DNA of 64,000 bases from Macrostomum hystrix (taxonomy: Eukaryota; Animalia; Platyhelminthes). A program made the translations under genes and the position numbers. Below are positions 36,001 through 48,929 of this stretch, piece after piece. How positions within the stretch are numbered: position 1 is the stretch's first letter; every line of letters begins with the position of its first letter. The notes under the pieces were generated by a model, which was given only the letters and a program-made list of their open reading frames with translations, had not been told where the DNA came from and searched no databases. The stretch lies in contig CATNEN010000003.1 in assembly GCA_950097015.1 (NCBI GenBank), positions 8,804,001 to 8,868,000 of the forward strand, given 5' to 3'.

Positions 36001-39000
36001 CAGCCATTCAGAGCTGCTCATAATCAGTCATTCAGAGCTGCTCATAATCAGTCATTCAGAGCTGCTCATAATCAGCCATTCAGAGCTGCTCATAATCAGT
36101 CATTCAGAGTTGCTCATAATCAGTCATTCAGAGTTGCTCATAATCAGTCATTCAGAGCTGCTCATAATCAGTCATTCAGAGTTGCTCATAATCAGTCATT
36201 CAGAGCTGCTCATAATCAGCCATTCAGAGCTGCTCATAATCAGTCATTCAGAGCTGCTCATAATCAGTCATTCAGAGTTGCTCATAATCAGCCATTCAGA
36301 GCTGCTCATAATCAGTCATTAAGGCTGCTCATAATCAGTCATTCAGAGCTGCTCATAATCAGTCATTAAGGCTGCTCATAATCAGCCATTCAGAGCTGCT
36401 CATAATCAGTCATTCAGAGCTGCTCATAATCAGTCATCTAGAGCTGCTCATAATCAGCCATTCAGAGCTGCTCATAATCAGTCATTAAGGCTGCTCATAA
36501 TCAGCCATTCAGAGCTGCTCATAATCAGTCATTCAGAGCTGCTCATAATCAGTCATTAAGGCTGCTCATAATCAGTCATTAAGGCTGCTCATAATCAGTC
36601 ATTCAGAGTTGCTCATAATCAGCCATTCAGAGCTGCTCATAATCAGTCATTCAGAGCTGCTCATAATCAGTCATTCAGAGCTGCTCATAATCAGCCATTC
36701 AGAGCTGCTCATAATCAGTCATTCAGAGTTGCTCATAATCAGTCATTCAGAGTTGCTCATAATCAGTCATTCAGAGCTGCTCATAATCAGTCATTCAGAG
36801 TTGCTCATAATCAGTCATTCAGAGCTGCTCATAATCAGCCATTCAGAGCTGCTCATAATCAGTCATTCAGAGCTGCTCATAATCAGTCATTCAGAGTTGC
36901 TCATAATCAGCCATTCAGAGCTGCTCATAATCAGTCATTCAGAGCTGCTCATAATCAGTCATTCAGAGCTGCTCATAATCAGTCATTCAAAGCTGCTCAT
37001 AATCAGTCATTCAGAGCTGCTCATAATCAGCCATTCAGAGCTGCTCATAATCAGTCATTCAGAGCTGCTCATAATCAGCCATTCTGAGCTGCTCATAATC
37101 AGCCATTCAGAGCTGCTCATAATCAGTCATTCTAGAGCTGCTCATAATCAGTCATTCAGAGCTGCTCATAATCAGCCATTCAGAGCTGCTCATAATCAGC
37201 CATTCAGAGCTGCTCATAATCAGTCATTAAGGCTGCTCATAATCAGTCATTCAGAGCTGCTCATAATCAGCCATTCAGAGCTGCTCATAATCAGTCATTC
37301 AGAGTTGCTCATAATCAGTCATTCAGAGCTGCTCATAATCAGTCATTCAAAGCTGCTTATAATCAGTCATTCAGAGCTGCTCATAATCAGTCATTCAGAG
37401 CTGCTCATAATCAGTCATTCAGAGTTGCTCATAATCAGTCATTCAGAGCTGCTCATAATCAGTCATTCAGAGCTGCTCATAATCAGTCATTCAGAGCTGC
37501 TCATAATCAGCCATTCAGAGCTGCTCATAATCAGTCATTCAGAGCTGCTCATAATCAGTCATTCAGAGCTGCTCATAATCAGTCATTCAGAGCTGCTCAT
37601 AATCAGCCATTCAGAGCTGCTCATAATCAGTCATTCAGAGTTGCTCATAATCAGTCATTCAGAGCTGCTCATAATCAGTCATTAAGGCTGCTCATAATCA
37701 GTCATTAAGGCTGCTCATAATCAGTCATTCAGAGCTGCTCATAATCAGTCATTCAGAGCTGCTCATAATCAGTCATTCAGGATCGTCTGAATTCATTAAG
37801 CTAAGCTAAGCTAGCAATGCGTGCGTGTTGAAGCCTTACTCAATTGATCCATTCTAGCAATTCTTTTGATCTTTAGTCTAGCTATAGTCGTGGACTGTAG
37901 ATGAGACACGCCAGAAGCATTATTCAATCCTTGACTATAAAATGAGCAAGTGCTTCAGTTAAGATAAAACTGTTTCTTATGTTATATTGTTGAGGGTATA
38001 GCTCTCATAATAGCTCAAAGGAACTAAACATGACTTTTTCCTTCTTAACCATGTGGCTCTATTTTTGTCCTCGTCCTTATTTAGAGCTGCTTGCAATCTG
38101 GCAGAGTATTTTCTACCTTTCTATATTACCTATTCCCAGCTGTGCTCAGTTGAGAATGTTAAGCATTCTAGTCATCGTGTTGTATAGTTTGACGTGGGAA
38201 TTATGGTCCACTGCTTTTCTGACTTAGCTCCCGCCATCATCCTAGTATCATATTTCCTCTGATGAGTGACATGCCTTTCCTGTTTTATTTCGCAATTACA
38301 TGTACATTGGAAACTTCATTTTTAGGTTAAATTAGCGAATGTATTTAAACATTTCAGGCGGCGTCTATTCAATGCTGAAAAAAACAGTTTAAAAATGACA
38401 ATTGGCTCTAAAAATAATATTTAAGTTATTTAAGTGTGTTGGGTTAAATGCTTTATTAATTGCTAAATTTGTTACCAAGCGTTACTTTCAGGAAAAAAAG
38501 TTTACATTTTATGTAAAGAAGTTCGCTAAGTTATATAATTAAATGATGCTCCCAAAAGCCTGATTATCAAAACAATTTTTCGATTCTTTAAGCGACCAAC
38601 GATTCAAGCATCAGTTCTCAATTCCAAGAAATTCTCTCAATTCCAAGAAATTCTCTCGATTCTAAGAAATGCTCTTGATTCTAATAAATGCTCTCATTTC
38701 TAAGAAATGCTCTTGATTCCAATAAATGCTCTCGATTCCAAGAAATGCTCTTGATTCTAAGAAATACTCTTGATTCCAATAAATGCTCTCGATTCCAAGA
38801 AATGCTCCCGATTCTAAGAAATGCTCTTGATTCCAATAAATACTCTTGATTCCAATAAATGCTCTCGATTCCAAGAAATGCTCTCATTTCTAAGAAATGC
38901 TCTTGATTCCAATAAATGCTCTCGATTCCAAGAAATGCTCTTGATTCTAAGAAATACTCTTGATTCCAATAAATGCTCTCGATTCCAAGAAATGCTCCCG

Positions 39001-42000
39001 ATTCTAAGAAATGCTCTTGATTCCAATAAATGCTCTCGATTCCAAGAAATGCTCTTGATTCTAAGAAATACTCTTGATTCCAATAAATGCTCTCGATTCC
39101 AAGAAATGCTCTTGATTCTAATAAATGCTCTCGATTCTAAGAAATGCTCCCGATTCAATGAAATGCTCTTGATTCCAACAAATGCTCTCGATTCTAAGAA
39201 ATGCTCCCGATTCTAAGAAATGCTCTTGATTCCAATAAATGCTCTCGATTCTAAGAAATGCTGCCGATTCTAAGAAATGCTCTTGATTCCAATAAATGCT
39301 CTCGATTCCAAGAAATGCTCTTGATTCTAATAAATGCTCTCGATTCTAAGAAATGCTCCCGATTCCAAGAAATGCTCTTGATTCTAAGAAATACTCTCGA
39401 TTCTAAGAAATGCTCCCGATTCTAAGAAATGCTCTTGATTCTAATAAATGCTCTCGATTCTAAGAAATGCTCCCGATTCTATGAAATGCTCTTGATTCCA
39501 ATAAATGCTCTCGATTCTAAGAAATGCTCCCGATTCTAAGAAATGCTCTTGATTCCAATAAATGCTCTCGATTCTAAGAAATGCTCCCGATTACAAGAAA
39601 TGCTCTCGATTCCAAGAAATGCTCTCGATTCCAAGAAATGCTCTAGATTCAAAGAAATGCTCCCGATTGTAAGAAATGCCCTCGATTCTAAAAATGCTTC
39701 CGTATATATTGCACTATATACAAAAGAAAATGTTGGATGTGACAAAAGTACGAGTATTTTTAATGGCATACTAATTATTGATAACTGACTCTCTATGGAC
39801 GTAAATCTGAATGTCAAACTTTCACGTGGACGTGAAAATTATTGAAAGACCTTTGATTGAGTATTAATTACAACCCACATAGATTTTCTATACTTTTTGC
39901 TTGTAACTAAGTGATACTTTTCCTGCAAAAAAATCGTAAGCGGGTTTTTCTTACGGCCTCTGAATCTAGCCGTCATTAATTAATGCCTACCTCACCGCTT
40001 CTGCGACCATCCTTCTTGTCGCGGCGTCGCACGGCGAAGATTACTAAAACATAATATAAACATCACTCTTAGTCACTAGGCTCTCTCTCTTTGCCTACCT
40101 ACTCGATTTGCAAGGAGGGATTGGCTGAGAATTAATGGAGCGAGCTAAAACCCATCCGACACTGGCTCAGCTGGCTAGGGCAATAGTTAGTTGGCCAAAG
40201 TAAGGTCGTATTAAATATAGACTTCGACTAAACTGAGAATGAAGCTAGCGACGAAAAATGGGATTTTTATGTGCGTCCTTAACCAGTGGCATGAGGCCAC
40301 GGATTTGGCCTCAATTATTGTCCCTCAGGGGAGCCTGTAAGCCGGTTGGTTGAGATTTACTTAGAAGGGCTTGCTAGAAAAAAATTGATTCACTGGAATA
40401 GATCAGTTAGTTAGGTCGCTTGCCACAGTCTGCATTTATTTAGAAGTGGCGACCCACTAGCTGAAATTAAAAACGCTTTTATGCAAATCTTGAATTGAAG
40501 AAAATCTTAATTTCTGCTTAACTTCCAGCACTTTTTTTCATGGCAGAATTTTAGTGTTTAGCAGTAGGACTACCAAGCCAGTTTGTAGCCCATTTTAATA
40601 CCCCCTGAAATTTTTGCAGCGCCTATATGCTAAGAGCGTTGGGTGGTGACTGATTGGTTGACAGACTAGGCGATTGTGGTCTGCGGTTGAGCTGCGCCTA
40701 ATATTTAGGCTTGAACGGTGAAATGGAAGAAATTCACGTCAGGTTGTCCATAGTGGCCTAGTTCCACCTGTTTTAGCCCTTGAAGGTCCAGCAGCACCGT
40801 CTAGATAAAGATGCGTGACTACCGAATTCAGGCCTGAGATAATGCAGGCTCATTCGGGTGACATTCTGATAAATTTTCAAGGTGTGGCACTGAGGCGCAC
40901 CGCGAATTCGTGTATAATGGTATGAAACGGGAAAAGTCAGACCTTCGGCCAGAATCTCGAAGGTCTAAATGGCTGGCGACTTGATTCTTGCTTGAGAAGA
41001 TGCGCAACAAAAAGGTTGGCTCGTGTTCTTGAGTTTCGTGCGCTTGCGTTGCTCCGTTCGGGTGCTGCACAAATAATTGTCTGGTGGTGGGGAAATCCCC
41101 CTTGGTATAAAAAGAAAATGGCTTGGTAGTCCTACTGTTAAAGGAAGGACGATTCACGATTCTTGAAATAAAAATTGCTGTCTTACAATTGCCAGTCTTT
41201 CAACATTTTACCCTACTATTTAAAGGACGTTTCGATCACGGCACTTGCCTTTGTAAGAAAGGCTTACAAAAAAGGTTTTGATTAAATCTACAAACGATGC
41301 TGAGTTGCTAAGTAAGCCAGTTGTTCGCTAAGTAGGATCAAAGGCGGCGCTGAATTTTTTGAATCACTTTGTCGAAGCACACTAATCTTGCCTTGATGGC
41401 TTGCTAAAAAAGAAAGTGAACGCGATGGCCCTATTGCTCAATAGCAGAAATTGAGCAACGCTTTAATGACATCAGTCGGCAATGTGCTGTTAATATCTTA
41501 ATAAATAATATTATTCGCAGGAGGGCTATGGGCAATGGCGCATCATTTGGTGACACTGGTCCTGCAGCCACCGAGGAGGCAATTCTGCCCATTCCACTGA
41601 TTCCTGAGCACACGCACACAGATATACTGTACGCAGGCATACACGCACACAGGTGTGTACATCTGCCCTGACTTTCTCATCGTTCGGCAGTATACACTCT
41701 CACTGTGCCTTGGAGGTTGGTCATCCAAGCCTTCTCTTCGCGGCTATGCCCCAAATTAATCTGGCCTCGCCGCGGAATTGAGCTCAGGGACGTTGTTGAG
41801 AGTCAAACACTGCCTATGGACATCGTATTCAACTTCCAAATTTTCAATCTTCTCAAAGCCTCATTCGATTTTGTGATCACCGGTAGAAAAAGGCAGCAGT
41901 TTTTTAATGCTTCGTTGCTCAATATTTCAGCATCAGTGCTTTAATATAATGATGAAGAGATGAAACTAATTCTGTGGAAGAGCAACCCCAGCTAAGACTC

Positions 42001-44572
42001 CCCAGCTTGTTCTCCACTGCTCAACGATGTCTATATAAATAAGACCCAGTTTCGCATTTCTACGGCTGCACTGGATGCTCGTGTTCTCTTCTTGCAAGCG
42101 TGTACTTTTAATTTCTTCGTCGTGCCAGACTTCTTTCTTCATCCGTCTTCGTAGGCTGCTTGTTTGATTCGGACTAAAGAAATTCGCCTGTGCAAGCAAA
42201 GCAGTACTGTTCCGTGCCCTGTGTCGGTGTATTGCTTTATAACTTCTGCCCTAGCTATCTTCCGATCATATCTTTCCGTCCCTATCATGTTTTGATCTGA
42301 CCTAACCAAGCTAATTATTTGTGCTTGTGACCATATATTAGATACTCATCTCGTCAGCTTTGTCAGATAAGAACCTAAGGGACGACCTAAATATCCTCAC
42401 ACATACGAGTTCATATTCAAGCAATATTATTAATCGGGCGCACTCTCGATCATCTATCCTATACTTAAAGCTACATGCTTTATGCTATTTGTGATGTTAC
42501 ACCTGCTGCAAGCTGATCTTTTTCACAATTTCTATTTGTATCGAATGACCAATTACAAGAAATACTCACCGACGACTTAATAAAGATTTGGAAGGACAAG
42601 TTACACGTTTGTCCTACAAAATATTGTTTCTAAAAATCAAGGATAACGCCTTCTAGACCTCTAGGGATAACGTTCAGGGATAATAACCTCAAAACCTTCA
42701 GGGATAATAACGTCCTCAAAACAATCAGAGATAATAGCGTCCTCAAAACCTTCAGGGATAATAACATCCTCAAAACCTTCAGGGATAATAACGTCCTCAA
42801 AACAATCAGGGATAATAACGTCCTCAAAACCTTCAGGGATAATAACGTCCTCAAAACAATCAGAGATAATAACGTCCTCAAAACCTTCAGGGATAATAAC
42901 GTCCTCAAAACCTTCAGGGATAATAACGTCCTCAAAACAATCAGGGATAATAACGTCCTCAAAACCTTCAGGGATAATAACGTCCTCAAAACCTTCAGGG
43001 ATAATAACGTCCTCAAAACCTTCCGGGATAATAACGTCCTCAAAACCTTCAGGGATAATAACGTCCTCAAAACCTTCAGGGATAATAACTTCCTCAAAAT
43101 AATCAGGGATAATAACGTCCTCAATACCTTCAGGGATAATAACCTCAAAACCTTTAGGGATAATAACGTCCTCAAAACTTTCAGGGATAATTCCCGTAGA
43201 CATTCAGGCAGCGTGTGCCTACAAGTCTAGGCTTGATTTGTAACAAAATAATTTTTTCGGGCTCTAGCATTGAACTATTGTATTTTCATCAATAATTAAA
43301 GACGTCGTTGCCCCGACTTCAGCTTTTTTAAGCTATTTTTGTGCATCGTGGTAGTCTGTTTTCCTAGCGATGTTTCAGCTAGATTAGATTATGCAGCCCA
43401 GTGTGTGCGTGTCAGCCTCCATCTGGTACTCGTATTTTATTTTCTGTTTTTTATTGCAATTTGTTCCATTATAACTGATTGCTTCCATTTCGCCAAAACC
43501 AGTCCCTTTTCCAATCTGGCTGTGTCATTTTTATTTTCTTCTGTTTGTACGAGCGTATCAGTATTTTTCTAAAATTAGTGATTCCGTATTTTTTATTCAG
43601 CCTAGTTTCCTGTTTGCCTGTCCATCGCACTGCCTCTCTCAGCTTGTCTATTGTCCATCACACTGTCAGGATAATAATAATTGCAAGAGGTCTGCGGGCA
43701 ATGGCACATCATTTGGTAACACTGAACCCGCAGCCAGCGAGGAGGCAATTCTGCCCATTTCGCTGACTCCTGAGCACACACCCACACAGATACCGTACGC
43801 AGGCACACACTTACACAGGTGTGTACATCTGCCCTGACTTTCTCATCGTCAGGCAGTGTACACTCTCACTGTGCCTTGGAGGTTGGCCCTCCAGGTCGCA
43901 AATTACACGACAAGCGCCCAAGCCTTCTCTCCGCGGCTGCGCCTTAAATAAATGTGGCCTCGCTGCGGAATCGAGCTCAGGGACCTTGGCGCGAGAGACA
44001 AACGCGTTAGACCGCTCTGCCACTGACCCCCATCACACACACAGTCTCTCAGAGTTTGTTATTGCCTATCACACTGTCAAATGTCTAAGTATCCACCCTT
44101 GCCGCCGAATTCCGCCGCAGAGATTCACGAGCACGGCATCGCCTATACGCCGGCCTCTCTCCACAGCTGGCTAACCCGGGTCATGTACAATCGCCGCAGT
44201 CGTATTAATCCACTGTGGAACACTTACATTGTAGCCGGCAGCGAGGCCAACGAACCCTTCCTAGGCTACGTGAACATGCTCGGCGTGGCATTCAAAGAGG
44301 ACTGCCTTGCCACCGGTTTCGGCAGTCACCTGTGCATCGGCCTACTGCGGGAAGCTCTTGATCAGGCTGGAGGTCCGGCCGGACTTAGTCAACAGGCTGC
44401 CATAAGTACACTGGAAGCCTGCCTGCGTGTGCTGTACTATCGCGACTGCCGGGCCTACAATCAATACCAGCTAGCCTGTATACCTGTTAGCAAGCCTGCT
44501 GAAGTTACCGGGCCACATTTCTTGCACACCGATTGGTCTGTAGCTAATCTGGTCAAGCACTACACTGAATAA
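33093..44572 (+). CDS. PSMB4: Proteasome subunit beta type-4 (beta7). Exons 33093-33393 and 44121-44572 (~250 aa)
   Basis: RTLQPITTGSSVLAIKF, ADTLGSYGSLAKF, ASGDLADMQFL, IDE/EIH, SWLTRVMYNRRSRINPLWN, ATGFGSHL, RVLYYRDCRA. Phase-1 intron G|GTGAGA...CCGCAG|AG, 10.7 kb. Confidence 0.95.
33500..37780. repeat. 24-bp satellite (GCTGCTCATAATCAGTCATTCAGA), ~4.3 kb, with higher-order duplications, in PSMB4 intron
   Basis: About 175 tandem copies; rare variants recur at fixed offsets. Confidence 0.97.
38620..39700. repeat. 19-bp minisatellite (ATTCYAAGAAATGCTCTYG) in PSMB4 intron
   Basis: Tandem copies with 114-bp higher-order period in part. Confidence 0.95.
40600..41105. mobile_element. Unclassified interspersed repeat, copy 2 (inverted relative to 5750-6165)
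   Basis: Multi-block reverse-complement similarity to beta-catenin intron 2. Confidence 0.7.
41500..41815 (-). mobile_element. SINE family B, copy 2 (decayed head, internal deletion)
   Basis: CAGGTGTGTACATCTGCCCTGACTTTCTCATCG shared with 43672-44031. Confidence 0.85.
42665..43190. repeat. 27-bp minisatellite (AAACCTTCAGGGATAATAACGTCCTCA) in PSMB4 intron
   Basis: Tandem copies. Confidence 0.95.
43672..44031 (-). mobile_element. SINE family B, copy 3 (full length)
   Basis: Head GGGGTCAGTGGCAGAGCGGTCTAACGCG...GAGCTCGATTCC, (ATT)n tail. Confidence 0.88.
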
Positions 44573-45205
44573 TCATCAACTAAGGCCGATTTTGTCTGTC
44601 CGTGTTAAACTTTAATTTACTAGATTGGGGAAAATACGATGTTTCAAAAGCTTAGTTGCTTTTTTAGCTCCTTGTGTTCTCAAAGATAAGCCGATCATCA
44701 TTATTTTATTTTGCAAGCGGTTGGGTCTAATAAAAAGGTGGGTGTTTTAACTTAATGAAAACTACTTCTTTGTGTTAACTTTCTTCTCTTTATAATTATT
44801 TGCAGTAAGTCTAGCGCCTGTGCTTGTTAAATTTGATAAAATGCATCAATATTCAGTGGTCAACTTGTTGCGCAAACGACCGGTAGTGAAGTGTGTTTAT
44901 TAAAATCCCATTTCCTAATATTTAAGTAAGACCAGAATTGAAATAACAAATATAAGCGAGTTATTTATTACTACTGTTATGCTGTCCCAAATTTATATTA
45001 CAAAGTAGTCCGGACTTATTTTTGGTTATTTTAGTTTTTTAGAATCATTTTAGCTTTTAAGGTTCGTTTTCTTAGAATCTATTTTCCAATTTGAATTCGT
45101 GCCAAAAATAATTTAAATGCAGCTGAACTTTATAATTAAAAAAATTTCTTAATCCGTTTTGATAAAAAATCGATAAATCAATCAACCAATCAGAGAATTG
45201 CAGGC

Positions 45206-48200
45206 ATGACTAGCCAACAGACCAGCCAATCGGTAGTGATCATCGGAGGCGGCATCATCGGCTGTTCAACAGCCTATTATCTAGCCAAGCGCGGCATAGC
45301 CAGTCTTCTAATTGAAAGTGTCGGCGTCGCCAGCGGCGCCAGCGGTAAAGCCGGCGGATTCCTGGCCCGCGACTGGTGCAGCAGCGACTCAGCTGGGCCT
45401 CTGGCCCGATTGGCTAGCGAGAGCTTCCGGCTGCACTCGATGCTAGAGGCCGAGCTAGGCGTCGGATTGGACTACAGGCCATTGGATACTCTGTCGCTGA
45501 GATTGCGCACAGGTGCTCAGAGAATCGGCCGACCAATCACCGGCTGTCCGGACTGGGTCACGGCCGAGGTTACTAGGGCCTGTAGACTGGGAGATCCTAG
45601 CAATACTGCACAGGTGCGAAATTATTGGATTCTAGTCTGCATTTTTCTTCCTCTTTCTTCGTGAACCTTCATGGACCCTTTTCTGAACCTTCATAGATCC
45701 TTTTCTGAACCTTCATGGATCCTTTACTGAACCTTCATGGATCCTTTACTGAACCTTCATGGATCCTTTACTGAACCTTCATGGATCCTTTTCTGAACCT
45801 TCATGGATCCTTTTCTGAACCTTCATGGATCCTTTTCTGAACCTTCATGGATCCTTTTCTTAACCTTCATGGATCCTTTTCTGAACCTTCATGGAACCTT
45901 TCCTGAACCTTCATGGACCCTTTTCGGAACCTTCATGGATCCTTTTCTGAACCTTCATGGATCCTTTTCTGAACCTTCATGGACCCATCTATGAACCTTC
46001 ATGGACCCATCTCTGAACCTTCATGGACCCATCTCTGAACCTTCATGGATCCTTTTCTGAACCTTAATAAACCCTTTTCTGAACCTTCATGGATCCTTTT
46101 CTGAACCTTCATGGATCCTTTTCTGAATCTTCCAGGATCCTTTTCTGAACTTTCATGGATCCTTTTCTGAACCTTCATGGATCCTTTTCTGAACCTTCAT
46201 GGACCCATCTCTGAACCTTCATGGACCCATCTATGAACCTTCATGGACCCATCTCTGAACCTTCATGGACCCATCTCTGAACCTTCATGGATCCTTTTCT
46301 GAACCTTAATGGACCCTTTTCTGAACCTTAATGGACCCTTTTCTGAACCTTCATGGATCCTTTTCTGAACCTTCATGGATCCTTTTCTGAACCTTCATGG
46401 ATCCTTTTCTGAACCTTCATGGATCCTTTTCTGAACCTTCATGGATCCTTTTCTGAACCTTCATGGATCCTTTTCTGAACCTTCATGGATCCTTTTCTGA
46501 ATCTTCGTGGACCCTTTCCTGAACCTTCATGGACCCTTTTCTGAACCTTCATGGAACCTTTCCTGAACCTTCATGGACCCTTTCCTGAACCTTCATGGAT
46601 CCTTTTCTGAACCTTCATGGACCCTTTTCTGAACCTTCATGGATCCTTTTCTGAACCTTCATGGGTCTTTCAAAAATCCATATTTGCAGTCGGAGTCTAT
46701 CTTTAGTGGTAGAGCGTCGGTCTCCCGTTATTTGAACTACCGCGTGATTGGTAGTTCGAATTTTCCTTAAACAGTTTGTCCTTTAACTACGAGCTTTTTT
46801 TCAACTGATAACTGATAGTTTCTATAAAACTACGAGTTTATAAAAATTCTGTAAGTCAAGTTTGTAATCCACTCATCGATCCATTGCAAACCAAGTTTTT
46901 ATTTTGATTCCGACTAGTAGTTTTTTGGTTCACTGCGGCTTCAATTCAGCTCATCCTAGAACTGGAACCAGACTCGCGTGCTATTCCAATGATCGATAGA
47001 TCGATTGAACTGACAGTGCTACTCTTCTGGTGTTTGTGCGCCTCTAGTAAATCTACTAGGCCTGGCTGATTCAATAGAGAGATAAAAATCAATTCATTCC
47101 TTCTTTCCTTCCTTGCCTGCCCAGTAATAAGTAGGCTAAAATCATTGCTTCGCGTGCGACTGACTTGGATTGATTAAATCCTACAGCTTGACAATTTGTT
47201 TGTGTTTAATTTGGAAAATCCTGACCAATCATTTAACTGGATCTGCAATCATCCTGACCCATCCTGATCCTGACCCTGACACAAGCCCTGACATCATCCT
47301 GACCCACTGTTTCAGTAGGCCCTGACATCATACTGACCCACTGTTTCAGTAGGCCCTGACATCATCCTGACCCACTGTTTCAGTAGGCCCTGACATCATC
47401 CTGACCCACTGTTTCAGTCCGGCCTGACGTCATCCTGACCCACTGTTTCACTGAGCCTGACATCATCCTGACCCACTGTTTCAGTAGGCCCTGACATCAT
47501 CCTGACCCACTGTTTCAGTAGGCCCTGACATCATCCTGACCCACTGTTTCAGTAGGCCTTGACATCATCCTGACCCACTGTTTCAGTAGGCCTTGACATC
47601 ATACTGACCCACTGTTTCAGTAGGCCTTGACATCATCCTGACCCACTGTTTCACAAGGCCTTGACGTCATACTGACCCACTGTTTCAGTAGGCCTGACAT
47701 CATCCTGACCCACTGTTTCACAAGGCCTGACATCATCCTGACCCACACACCGCAGGTGCACCCGTACAAGCTGACCACAGCCCTGGCTGACGCAGCTTGC
47801 CGTCTCGCCGGTTCTAAAATTCGTCGAGCTCGCGTCACCGGTGCAAGCATAGCCGACGGTCGAGTCGTCTCCCTGACTATTGTCGAATCGTCCAGTTCAA
47901 CAGATTCCATTGTTAGCGATACAATCGACTGCGCGTCGGCTAGCGTAGTGTTTGCCATGGGTCCGTGGACTCCCATTGCGCTGGGCGATTGGTTGAACTT
48001 ATCAGGCGGCTCGGAAGCTGTCTTCGGTCATCGAGCACACTCGGTAGTTCTGTCCGTTGTCGCACCAGTGGCACAGGACCACAAGCATCAGCAGCAGCAG
48101 CAGCAGCAGCTCAGTGCTCACGCGCTCTACACCGAACAGGAGGGCGGCGACTCGCCGGAGCTGTATCCTCGCCCAGACGGCACCGTCTACGTCTGCGGCC

Positions 48201-48559
48201 TATCCGACGACGCTCCGCTGCCGGCTTCAACTGCCGACGTTGTCGCCGATCCCGACAAACTTCGACGTCTAGCGAAATTCGCAGAGTCAGTCTCAAATCG
48301 TCTGTCGGCTGACGCTCTGATTAGCGGACAGGCCTGCTACCTGCCCGTGTCTCGCACCGGCCTTCCAATGATTGGCCAGCTGCCCGGACTAACGAACGCC
48401 TACGTTGGCGCCGGGCACAGTTGCTGGGGAATTCTGAACGGCCCAGCCACCGGCCTCATGCTAGCCGACCTACTTATCGACGGCGTCTGTTCGTTTATGG
48501 ACGCTGAACCTTTTCGACCTCGGCTAGGTCCCACTGATAGTCTTCTGGGGGATAATTAG
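45206..48559 (+). CDS. FAD-dependent oxidoreductase, DAO superfamily, yeast TDA3-like. Exons 45206-45613 and 47756-48559 (~403 aa)
   Basis: IIGGGIIGCSTAYYLA, VASGASGKAGGFLARDW, SFRLH, TAQ|VHPYKLT, AMGPWT, PELYPRPDGTVYVCG, QACYLP, GAGHSCWGILNGPATG. Phase-0 GT-AG intron. Confidence 0.92.
45660..46665. repeat. 22-bp minisatellite (GAACCTTCATGGATCCTTTTCT), oxidoreductase intron
   Basis: About 45 tandem copies starting ~47 nt after the donor. Confidence 0.96.
47250..47745. repeat. 34-bp minisatellite (GACATCATCCTGACCCACTGTTTCAGTAGGCCCT), oxidoreductase intron
   Basis: About 14 copies; the last unit runs into the acceptor. Confidence 0.95.
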
Positions 48560-48929
48560 CTAGGTGCAAAACACCGAATCAAATACTTTCTTGATTACTT
48601 CCTTTGTTGTTTCGTGTTCTCTAGTCTGTTTTTATGACCTATCAGTCGTTGCAGTTTTCAACCGATTATTATTTGTTAATAAATTATCTAGTCTGACGCT
48701 TATTTTCTAGTCATCTGTGACTCACTTTTTTGTCCTAGACGTTTTTCGCTCATAAAATGACATTTTTACTGTCTCGTACTAATTCTAAAAAAACTGAGTT
48801 TTTTACACCTTAGATTAAATTTATTATAATTTTCAGCACCTTATTCATATGCACTCGCTGTGTCAATTATTAGCCACAGTTAATTAAGAAAGACAATTAG
48901 GCACCCACCACCGATTCAACAAACGCAGC

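Noticed and set aside
33622-37685. Long ORFs of (LLIISHSE)n / (AAHNQSFR)n
   Set aside because: Translation of a 24-bp stop-free satellite inside the PSMB4 intron; frameshifting 23/25-bp units show no coding constraint.
33600-37780. CTCATAA in the unit resembles a tRNA-Met anticodon loop
   Set aside because: Only a 3-4 bp stem and no D/T arms; likely coincidence.
42630-43203. (EDVIIPEGF)n ORF
   Set aside because: 27-bp satellite, intronic and antisense to PSMB4.
43960-44031. tRNA genes at SINE heads (also 4730, 7085, 10100, 29050, 27440, 46690)
   Set aside because: Imperfect cloverleaves attached to shared SINE bodies; treated as SINEs or decayed fragments.
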